DNA from: Nitrosopumilus maritimus SCM1
GTDB taxonomy: Archaea > Thermoproteota > Nitrososphaeria > Nitrososphaerales > Nitrosopumilaceae
DNA: 32,000 nt
Direction: 5' to 3'
Assembly: GCF_000018465.1 (NCBI RefSeq)
Contig: NC_010085.1
Location: 1 to 32,000 of the forward strand
A program made the position numbers and the translations under genes. This document shows, one piece after another, positions 16,889-24,465 of the stretch; within the stretch, counting starts at the first letter, position 1; every line of letters begins with the position of its first letter. Below the pieces are notes generated by a model, which searched no databases, was not told the DNA's origin, and saw only the letters and a list, made by a program, of their open reading frames with translations.

Positions 16889-17794
16889 ATGGTAAGTAAA
16901 ACAAAAGAACTCTGTCCAAGATGTGCACAGGGAAAATTAGTAACTGATAATGAATCTGGAGAAATGTTTTGCTCCAAATGTGGTTTTGTAATTACTGAAA
17001 AATTACAAGAGGCAGGTCCAGAATGGCGTTCTTTTACACAAGATGAACATGGAGATCGAGCAAGAGCAGGAGCTCCTACTTCATTAACAATGCATGATAT
17101 GGGTCTTGCAACAATTATCAATCCAGTAAACAAGGATGCATCTGGTAGACCACTTACAGCTTCAATGAAAAGTACCATTGAGAGATTAAGGACCTGGGAT
17201 AGTAGAAGTCAGGTTCATGAACCAGTTGACAGAAACTTTAGACAAGCATTTAGTGAATTAAACAGACTAAAAGATAAACTAGCAATTTCTGATGCAGTAA
17301 TTGAAAAGGCAGCTTACATTTACAGAAAAGCCCTTGACAAAGGACTTGTTAGAGGCCGTTCTATTTCAGCACTAATGGCATCAGCACTTTATGCTGCATG
17401 TCGTGATACTGAAACTCCAAGAAATCTCAAAGATGTAGAGCAAGCAGCAAATATCAAAAGAAAAGATATCGCAAGATGTTACAGATTACTCGTTAAAGAA
17501 CTTGATTTGAAGATGCCAGTTACAGATTCAATTCAATGTGTTGCAAGAATTGCAAGTAGAATTGGAATTGCAGAGAAAACAAAAAGATACGCAGTCAAAG
17601 TTCTCAAAAAAGCACAAGAAAATGAGGTTTCTGCAGGAAAAGATCCTATGGGATTAGCTGCTGCAGCATTATACCTATCATGTGTCAAAAATGGTGAGGA
17701 TAAGACTCAAAGAGACATTGCAGAGGCTGCAAATGTAACTGAAGTTACTATCAGAAACAGGTACAAAGGACTCAAAGAGTCACTTGAACTATAA
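16889..17794 (+). CDS. tfb: transcription initiation factor B (TFB/TFIIB), paralog 2
   Basis: 301 aa. Canonical Zn-ribbon CPRC...CSKCG, a B-finger/linker region and two cyclin repeats (AAYIYRKAL...ALYAACR and AAAALYLSC...VTIRNR). Confidence 0.95.
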   Translation: MVSKTKELCPRCAQGKLVTDNESGEMFCSKCGFVITEKLQEAGPEWRSFTQDEHGDRARAGAPTSLTMHDMGLATIINPVNKDASGRPLTASMKSTIERLRTWDSRSQVHEPVDRNFRQAFSELNRLKDKLAISDAVIEKAAYIYRKALDKGLVRGRSISALMASALYAACRDTETPRNLKDVEQAANIKRKDIARCYRLLVKELDLKMPVTDSIQCVARIASRIGIAEKTKRYAVKVLKKAQENEVSAGKDPMGLAAAALYLSCVKNGEDKTQRDIAEAANVTEVTIRNRYKGLKESLEL

Positions 17795-19249
17795 TCATTC
17801 TTGAGAATTTACTTTTTTTACAAATCCACCTTCTTTTGACTCATCAACAATTTCTTCTGATTCATCATTAGATGTATCATCAGGATCTTCTGGCGGTTTT
17901 ACGAATCCACCCTTTACAGGTTCAGGTGGTGGAATATTTTTTGATCTTCCCATTCCAATTGTTGTAATAATTACAGACGATAAAATAATGAAAAATATTA
18001 TTTGTGGATATGCTTCAGCATTAGGCAGACCCATTGTTATTGGATATGTTGCAAGTACTGCAGCAGCTAACCCTCTAGGAATCATAGCATTTGTAACAGC
18101 TTTATCTAATTTGGAAAATCTTTTCGTTAATGTTATTCTTGCAACAATTCCTCTTCCAAAGAAAACAGCAATTGTAATCAAAATTCCAAATATCATGTAT
18201 TCTATTTGTCCAAAACTTGCCATCAATCCAACAAACACAAAGAAAAATGCTCTTACCAAAAATGTGAGTTGATTGTGAGTTGGGTCATCCATCTCAATTT
18301 TTGGAAGTTTGAATCTAAGAATACGCGCAAGATGATTCTTGTTTCCTAACATCAAACCAAATACTAGGGCAGTCAAAGCACCTGACTCTCCAAATGAGTT
18401 TGCCAAGAAGAATAATACAAACAAAATTCCTAATGTGAGCATATATCCATGTTGAGCGTTTCCAAGCTTTGTTGATACATACATCCAAGGGATTCCTACA
18501 CCAAATCCAAGAACAAGACCTACTACAACTGCTCTTCCAATAGTTTCTTGTAGTATTTGTAAATCAAATGTTCCTGCAAGTACTGCCTCAAATAGAATGA
18601 ATGCTACTATTGTAGCCAAAATATCAGTTAATGCTGATTCAAAACTAAGCATTGACTTTGTTTCATCTGAAATTTTGACATTTCTGACTAATCCAAATAC
18701 AATTGCAGAGCTACTTCCTCCTACGATAGACCCTAGCAGTATACTCTCTAACCAAAGCCATCCTAACGCATAATGAGCTGCAATTGAAATCATTGCAACT
18801 GACAAAATAAAACCCAGAATAGCTAACGTTGATGAAAAATGTGCTGTCCTTATCACATGTTTGATATCTAAATTCAATCCACCATCAAACATGATTATTA
18901 TCAGTGCAAGAGCTGCAAAGTATGGGACCACTTGAAGTACAGCTTCCGGTTGAATCAGACCAAGTACTGGACCTAAAATGACTCCTAAAACCATTAAAAA
19001 TGCGACATCAGGAATTCCTGTTCTTTTGAAAAACGCCTCACCTGCAACTCCAAGAAAGATAACTACTCCTGCCGCAAGTAAAATCACATGAGCTGGAGCA
19101 ATGAAACCGTCTTGAGAAGATAATGTTCCAACTGAATTCTCTATCTCTGTAAGTTTTTCAAAAATAAAACTTGAATCAAAATTAGATAATGGAATTTCAC
19201 CACTTTGCCCTCTGATCAAATTCAAAATAGACAAAATTATCGGATTCAT
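17795..19249 (-). CDS. cation:proton (Na+/H+) antiporter, CPA1/NhaP-like, with acidic cytoplasmic tail
   Basis: 484 aa, about 11-12 hydrophobic helices, glycine-rich membrane segments. The C-terminal tail is PPEDPDDTSNDESEEIVDE. Confidence 0.75.
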   Translation of the reverse strand: MNPIILSILNLIRGQSGEIPLSNFDSSFIFEKLTEIENSVGTLSSQDGFIAPAHVILLAAGVVIFLGVAGEAFFKRTGIPDVAFLMVLGVILGPVLGLIQPEAVLQVVPYFAALALIIIMFDGGLNLDIKHVIRTAHFSSTLAILGFILSVAMISIAAHYALGWLWLESILLGSIVGGSSSAIVFGLVRNVKISDETKSMLSFESALTDILATIVAFILFEAVLAGTFDLQILQETIGRAVVVGLVLGFGVGIPWMYVSTKLGNAQHGYMLTLGILFVLFFLANSFGESGALTALVFGLMLGNKNHLARILRFKLPKIEMDDPTHNQLTFLVRAFFFVFVGLMASFGQIEYMIFGILITIAVFFGRGIVARITLTKRFSKLDKAVTNAMIPRGLAAAVLATYPITMGLPNAEAYPQIIFFIILSSVIITTIGMGRSKNIPPPEPVKGGFVKPPEDPDDTSNDESEEIVDESKEGGFVKKVNSQE

Positions 19250-19364
19250 TTATGACTGCATCTACATACCTTCGGATAAAAATTAAACTAGATTTAGTTG
19301 ATGATTTTAGGCTCAGTGGTGATTTTAGATACACATTAAATCAACCATAATGTAATTTTCTTAC

Positions 19365-19907
19365 TTGAGTGGTACTGAGACATTACGTGAAGATCATAAA
19401 CAGATTCGACGATTAGAAAAAGTCATCATAAAATGCTATACTGAACTTTATGCAGGAAAAAACATTCCTTTTTCTGATATTGACAAAATTACATTAATTA
19501 TTGAAGAATTTTTGGACTCTATTCACTATTCTAGAGAAGAAGACTCGTATTTTCCATGTGTTGCAACATATGATCACCTAAAACAAGAGATCAGAGGACT
19601 GTTAATTGAGCACGAATTTTCTAGAAGAATTGCTTTACAAATCAAAAAACATCTCAAAAGATGGAAAGAAGGTGAAGATGCAAGAGAACCTGTTGCAAGA
19701 TATCTGAAAACATATTCTGTGTATCTCATGGATCATATGAATAAAGAAGAAGACTTTTTTGATAAGGCAGAAACCGAAGTTTTGTCAAAAGAAGAAGAAT
19801 TAGACATGTATGAGCAATTTAGATCGGTCATGACAATTTCAAAAAAAATGGAAGACATGATTAAAGAAATTGAATATCTTGAAAATCAACCCTGGGTTCA
19901 AAATTAA
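19365..19907 (+). CDS. hemerythrin HHE cation-binding domain protein
   Basis: 180 aa with a TTG start. Spaced His/Glu motifs (REDHKQI, IHYSREED, LIEHEFSRR, LMDHMNKEEDFF) are characteristic of hemerythrin-like four-helix bundles. Confidence 0.6.
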   Translation: MSGTETLREDHKQIRRLEKVIIKCYTELYAGKNIPFSDIDKITLIIEEFLDSIHYSREEDSYFPCVATYDHLKQEIRGLLIEHEFSRRIALQIKKHLKRWKEGEDAREPVARYLKTYSVYLMDHMNKEEDFFDKAETEVLSKEEELDMYEQFRSVMTISKKMEDMIKEIEYLENQPWVQN

Positions 19908-19919
19908 CGTAAGCTCTTT

Positions 19920-20459
19920 ATGGGTAAATCAGAAATTTTTTGCATGAAACCTTTTGTTCTTTGGATGACTGGTCTTCCATGTTCTGGAAAGACTACCATC
20001 GTAAAAGACTTGCAAAAAGACATTCCTAATTTGGCAATGCTTGACGGAGATGAATTAAGAGAATGGTTTTCTCCAAAAGATTTCTCAAAAGCAGGACGTG
20101 ATGAACACAACAAAAAAGTTGCACACTTGGCAAAACTATTGCTAAAACATGGTGTTCCAAGTGCAGTATCTCTAGTCTCACCATATCTTGAAAACCGAGA
20201 AAATGCCAGAACTATTGTCGATGCAGGTGATCAGTTTGCAGAATGCTATGTCAAATGTTCACTAGAAGAATGTGAGAAAAGAGATGTCAAAGGCATGTAT
20301 GCTAAAGCAAGAAAAGGAGAAATCAAAGGATTTACAGGAATTGACGATCCTTATGAGGCTCCTGAAAAAGCAGATCTCATAGTTGACACAGAAAATGAGT
20401 CACTTGGTGATAGTGCAAACAAAGTAAAGGAATTTCTTAAATCAAGAAACCTACTCTAA
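19920..20459 (+). CDS. cysC: adenylylsulfate (APS) kinase
   Basis: 179 aa. P-loop LWMTGLPCSGKTT, LDGDELR and SLVSPY motifs. The start may be the internal MKPF. Confidence 0.88.
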   Translation: MGKSEIFCMKPFVLWMTGLPCSGKTTIVKDLQKDIPNLAMLDGDELREWFSPKDFSKAGRDEHNKKVAHLAKLLLKHGVPSAVSLVSPYLENRENARTIVDAGDQFAECYVKCSLEECEKRDVKGMYAKARKGEIKGFTGIDDPYEAPEKADLIVDTENESLGDSANKVKEFLKSRNLL

Positions 20460-21266
20460 TTTTTTAAATTCATCAACTATTGTTTGATGAATAATTCCAT
20501 TTGTAACTAGAATTCCATTTTGATGATGAACTTCCCTGTTGTTATATGAAATGTTGTTTCCAAGCATATCTGTCATCTTTCCACCTGCCTCAGAAATTAT
20601 GCAATGTGATGCAGCTGAATCCCATTCTTTCATTTTATCTGTAGTAGTGATGTATGCTTCAGCTTCACCTGATGCAATTTTTCCAACCTTTAATGAACTA
20701 CCAATACTTGTAAAATCTTCAATTCCTAATTTTTTGATAAAGGCTTTTTCTTTTTCTGATAGATGATGTCTTGAACCAACAGTTCTACATTCTGAAAGTT
20801 CTTTAGTTGTAGTAACTGAGATTTTTTTCCATTCTTCATTAGAATATCTAAACGCACCTTTTCCTTCTTGCGCTACAAATAATGTTTTTTCAGTTGGCCA
20901 ACCTATAACTCCAAGAATAGGTTTTTTATTTTTTACAAGAGCAATCATTACAGTAAACTCTCCAGTTTTGTCAATAAAATCGGAAGTACCGTCTAACGGA
21001 TCAACTATCCAAATTACTTCTTCAGATAATCTACTTTGATCATCTTTGTCTTCCTCAGACAAAATACAAAATTTTGTCTGAGACAAAATCCCTTTGATTA
21101 TCTCGTTACTTTTTAGATCTGCTTCTGTTATTGGGGAATCATCTTTTTTTGTAAATTCTTCAAATTTTCCCTTGTAAATCTCTAAAATTGCACTTCCAGC
21201 TTCTTGCGCTGCTTTGATTGCAATGTCTAATTCTGGAATTTTATCTAAAATTGGTAAATTCTTCAA
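20451..21266 (-). CDS. cysQ: 3'(2'),5'-bisphosphate nucleotidase / inositol monophosphatase family
   Basis: 271 aa. WIVDPLDGTSDF and WDSAA motifs of the IMPase/CysQ family. Convergent with cysC and overlapping it by 9 nt. Confidence 0.8.
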   Translation of the reverse strand: MKNLPILDKIPELDIAIKAAQEAGSAILEIYKGKFEEFTKKDDSPITEADLKSNEIIKGILSQTKFCILSEEDKDDQSRLSEEVIWIVDPLDGTSDFIDKTGEFTVMIALVKNKKPILGVIGWPTEKTLFVAQEGKGAFRYSNEEWKKISVTTTKELSECRTVGSRHHLSEKEKAFIKKLGIEDFTSIGSSLKVGKIASGEAEAYITTTDKMKEWDSAASHCIISEAGGKMTDMLGNNISYNNREVHHQNGILVTNGIIHQTIVDEFKKLE

Positions 21267-21274
21267 ATTTTCTC

Positions 21275-21484
21275 CTATGTTGTAAGTTCAGGCTTTAATG
21301 TCCATACTACTCCGAGTGCAATAAACGGAATCGAAATAATTCCAATGATTCCAAGAATTGTGAAAAATTGAGATTCTGAAACTAGAGGATTGTTTATGAT
21401 CCAAGGAAGTGGTAAAGATACGATTATCCAAATAATTCCTAATAATATAATCAACTTTGCTTTTGCTTTTCTATCTTTCATCAC
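21275..21484 (-). CDS. small membrane protein (69 aa, two TM helices)
   Basis: Basic N-terminus followed by two hydrophobic helices. Ends 8 nt upstream of cysQ on the same strand. Confidence 0.45.
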   Translation of the reverse strand: MMKDRKAKAKLIILLGIIWIIVSLPLPWIINNPLVSESQFFTILGIIGIISIPFIALGVVWTLKPELTT

Positions 21485-21521
21485 TGTTTACTCCTTCAGG
21501 TGCTATTAAATTCATATGAAT

Positions 21522-22331
21522 TTACTTAGTTGATTCTCCCCCATCTACTGCTAAAATTGCACCTGTAGTCCATGCTGCATCATCTGAGGCAAAATATAGT
21601 ACAGCTTTTGCCACTTCTTCAGGTTCACCTATTCTTCCTAATGGGTGCTCTGCATTCATGAAATCTCTATCTTTTTGGGTTTTCACAAATGGTTTTGTCA
21701 TATCAGTATCTACTACTCCTGGACAAATACAATTAACTCTGATTTTATCTTTAGAATATTCAAGTGCCCAACATTTTGTGAGTACAATAAGTGCTGCTTT
21801 TGTTGCAGAATATGCATCTGCATTAAATCCTTGATATGCTTTTAGTCCTGCATCTGATGAAATATTAATTATTGAACCTGATGTTTTTTGTAAATGAGGA
21901 ATTGCTTCTTTAGTAACTCTAAACTGTCCTGTAAGATTTACATCTAAAACTTCATTCCATTCTTCATCATCAATTTCATGTAATTTTTTTATTTTTGGGA
22001 AAACTCCTGCATTGTTTACAAGAATGTCCAATCTGCCAAATTTTTCAACGATTTTTTTTATTGCATTTTTTACATCCTCTGTTTTTCTTACATCAGCTAC
22101 AATTGCAAATGAATTAGAAATTTCAGAAGATACTTTTTCTAACCGCTCCTGAACTTTCCCGGTAATTGCTACATTAGCTCCATTTTCTGACAAAACCTTT
22201 GCAGTAGCAAATCCGATGCCCCTACTTCCACCAGTTACTAGAGCTACTTTTCCTGATAAACTCAATATCTTTAACAAAAAAATTCGTAATTTATAGATCG
22301 ATTTTTTTAAAATAGGAATAAAATATTTCAA
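21522..22331 (-). CDS. short-chain dehydrogenase/reductase (FabG-like)
   Basis: 269-aa ORF. TGGSRGIG cofactor motif, NNAG, and the catalytic YSATK. The N-terminal 22 aa look non-native. A TATA-like TCTATAAATT (22286-22296, minus strand) would place the start near the TTG at 22265 (MSLSGKVALVTGG). Confidence 0.88.
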   Translation of the reverse strand: MKYFIPILKKSIYKLRIFLLKILSLSGKVALVTGGSRGIGFATAKVLSENGANVAITGKVQERLEKVSSEISNSFAIVADVRKTEDVKNAIKKIVEKFGRLDILVNNAGVFPKIKKLHEIDDEEWNEVLDVNLTGQFRVTKEAIPHLQKTSGSIINISSDAGLKAYQGFNADAYSATKAALIVLTKCWALEYSKDKIRVNCICPGVVDTDMTKPFVKTQKDRDFMNAEHPLGRIGEPEEVAKAVLYFASDDAAWTTGAILAVDGGESTK

Positions 22332-22431
22332 TAATTCTAAAATTATTTGTAATTTATTAGATAAACTGTTAAATAGTTGAAGTTCCTATAATAATTAATG
22401 CCGAAGGATATAATTCCTATCGACTAAAATC

Positions 22432-22526
22432 GCGTAACCCCGCAGAACGATATAGGCAATCAAGCGCTGAAGTCGTTTGACAACGAGAGGGAATCTCTCA
22501 TAGTTCTGCAATGAAGGGGATTACGC
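22432..22526. ncRNA. unassigned structured-RNA candidate (long closing helix plus two hairpins)
   Basis: GCGTAA/TTACGC, CCCC/GGGG and GCAGAAC/GTTCTGC are nested pairings enclosing hairpins at 22461-22479 and 22485-22499. By hand count the element is about half G+C, inside an AT-rich 200-nt spacer. The strand is not resolved. Confidence 0.4.
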
Positions 22527-22531
22527 CTCTT

Positions 22532-22960
22532 TTAATTTTGTAAAATACTAACAGATACCGAACCCATCACATTTCCATTTGGATTGATACTGATCTTTAC
22601 TTGCTGTTTTTCTGAAATCATAATTTGATTTTCTCCAAGATATTCCCATGTATAATATTCAGAAATTCCTGTTTCATGTAGAGTGTTTTCTAATTTGAAA
22701 TCTTCAGAAAATTCTATACTATAACCATCTAATGAAATTGATAAAATTTCTGGACTACTTCCATTTGGAACAAATCTAAAATAATATTCACCGCTTTCTA
22801 TTTCAAAAGTTTCTGTATATTCTCCATTTACATACAATTGTGGGTCTGCTAGTGTCACATGAAAAACAATACCATCATCTTTCTCAGATGAATCCAAAGA
22901 CAACACCATAACAAATCCTACAATTATTGCAATAGGAACGATGATGATTTTTTTGTTCAT
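22532..22960 (-). CDS. membrane-anchored or secreted beta-rich protein (142 aa)
   Basis: N-terminal hydrophobic anchor IIIVPIAIIVGFVMVLSL followed by a beta-strand-like sequence. It has its own TATA-like element in the 37-nt spacer upstream. Confidence 0.6.
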   Translation of the reverse strand: MNKKIIIVPIAIIVGFVMVLSLDSSEKDDGIVFHVTLADPQLYVNGEYTETFEIESGEYYFRFVPNGSSPEILSISLDGYSIEFSEDFKLENTLHETGISEYYTWEYLGENQIMISEKQQVKISINPNGNVMGSVSVSILQN

Positions 22961-22997
22961 AAAATTATTTTGAAAATCCCATTATAAAAATAAATTT

Positions 22998-23549
22998 CTA
23001 GTTTTCTCTTATTTTTTTGGTTAGTGCTTCTATTTTTTCAAGTTGTTCTAAAATCCATGGGTCATTTATCAAATCCATAATTTCTTCCATTTTGAATAAT
23101 TTCGGTGTAGTCATACCTTCTTCAAAATCATATAATTTGATAATTCTATTTTTTATATTTTCAGATTCGATCTTTTTGTTCTGTGCAAAATTATGTGCAA
23201 AATCATTTCTAATTTCTCTAATTTCATTTAGTTTTTGTTGAATCTTTATTCTTGTTTTTTCCTCAATTTCTTTTTTGAATTCTTGATGATTTTTCATTAT
23301 TCTTGATATCCAAACTATTTTTGTTCCAAAAGATGCGGTTCTATCCTCATCAAATACAGTTTTTGCCCACAACGGAAAATCATTTTTGTCACGTAAAAAT
23401 AAGTCTGAAATAATTACCGTTAGTGTTGAATCTAAAACTGAAACATAGCTAAGAAAATTACCTCTAATTCGATTTACCAAATTGACATATTCTTTATCTG
23501 TTAATTCTTTGGAATTATCTGGCAAATCAAAACCAAATGGCTCACTCAT
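22998..23549 (-). CDS. HEPN-superfamily protein (MtlR/DUF4145/Abi-like) with Rx4H motif
   Basis: 183 aa and all-helical in character. EIRNDFAHN (R114-H119, nt 23193-23210) fits the HEPN R-N-x3-H signature and is preceded by the SFGTKIVWISRI helix, as in DUF4145/MtlR-type HEPN domains. Confidence 0.6.
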   Translation of the reverse strand: MSEPFGFDLPDNSKELTDKEYVNLVNRIRGNFLSYVSVLDSTLTVIISDLFLRDKNDFPLWAKTVFDEDRTASFGTKIVWISRIMKNHQEFKKEIEEKTRIKIQQKLNEIREIRNDFAHNFAQNKKIESENIKNRIIKLYDFEEGMTTPKLFKMEEIMDLINDPWILEQLEKIEALTKKIREN

Positions 23550-23674
23550 GAGTTATGCCTAGAAAAATGGTAAATAGATTTTTGGATTGATTTTTCATCT
23601 TTGTTAGTGAAGTTACACACGCTGTGAATCATTCTTTACACCTGAAATTAAGTACATTTTCCTAAACCTAAACC

Positions 23675-24322
23675 ATGGCTAATTTGAGTAACAAGTGGAC
23701 TAAACCACCTACTACTAGTATTACTGAAAAAATTGGTGATACTGTCAAGCCTAAAGGTGCTCTAAAACCACGTGTTCAAGAAGGAGTCAAAAGATTACGA
23801 TTACAGATTCAAAAATTAGACAAAATGCTATCTGGATTGAAAGAACGTGATGAGCAATTATTTGCAAGAATTGTAGAGGCAACCCAGAAACATGATACTC
23901 AAACAAGCAAGGTTCTAGGAAATGAACTAGCAGAAATTAGAAAAGTTATCAAAATTATGAGCAGTGCCAGAGTTGCTCTAGAACAAATTGAATTACGATT
24001 AACAACATTTAGTGATTTAGGAGATACAGTAGTAGCTATCATGCCAACAATGGGATTGATGAAGAATCTCAAATCCTCTCTTGGAAAAGTAATGCCTGGA
24101 GCAGAAGCTGAAATTGGTCAGATGGCAGAAATGTTAGGTGGATTTATGACTGAAAGTTTCTCAGGTGATGCTGCATTTGGAATGGATGAGACAACAAACG
24201 CAGAATCTGATGCAATTCTTAAAGAAGCAGCAGCTGTTGCAGAAAGCTCTGCAGGACAAATGTTCCCATCAGTTCCTACTGAATCAGCAGCATCTACAGA
24301 ATCAACTTCAAAGTTTTACTAA
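23675..24322 (+). CDS. cdvB: ESCRT-III / Snf7-family cell-division protein, CdvB paralog
   Basis: 215 aa. A basic N-terminus and a long helical hairpin (LRLQIQKLDKML...ELAEIRKVIKIMSSARVALEQIELRLTT) are similar to crenarchaeal/thaumarchaeal CdvB. The acidic/Ser-rich tail contains FPSVP. Confidence 0.82.
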   Translation: MANLSNKWTKPPTTSITEKIGDTVKPKGALKPRVQEGVKRLRLQIQKLDKMLSGLKERDEQLFARIVEATQKHDTQTSKVLGNELAEIRKVIKIMSSARVALEQIELRLTTFSDLGDTVVAIMPTMGLMKNLKSSLGKVMPGAEAEIGQMAEMLGGFMTESFSGDAAFGMDETTNAESDAILKEAAAVAESSAGQMFPSVPTESAASTESTSKFY

Positions 24323-24465
24323 AAATTATTTTTCAAAAATTCTCTTGTTATGTTATAATATTTACTACTGATCAAACCTATTTTCTTATATTCAATTTTT
24401 GTCGTTTTGTTCTTGAGAGTATTTTGACTGAGAATCTAAATAATACTATGCCGTGAGGATTAAAG

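Noticed and set aside
16086-18272. ORFs 16086-16367 (+), 16822-17178 (-) and 17988-18272 (+)
   Set aside because: They are antisense to the surface-protein gene, TFB paralog 2 and the antiporter respectively, and all three host genes have strong family signatures or topology.
20451-20459. 9-nt convergent overlap of cysC and cysQ as a special regulatory feature
   Set aside because: Short 3' overlaps are common in this compact window (cdc6/DP1, 15827-15830). Pairing APS kinase with PAP phosphatase is standard sulfur-activation biology.
22432-22526. Interpretations of the structured element as tRNA (with or without intron), 5S rRNA or C/D-box sRNA
   Set aside because: There is no T-arm GTTCRANYC-like loop and no cloverleaf. 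At about 95 nt it is too short for 5S rRNA and lacks that RNA's conserved loop motifs. CUGA and UGAAG occur, but in the wrong order and spacing for C/D boxes. It is therefore reported as unassigned.
24165-24371. 68-aa plus-strand ORF overlapping the 3' end of cdvB
   Set aside because: It is an alternative frame of the cdvB tail, and its Gln/Leu-rich low-complexity translation is not independently supported.
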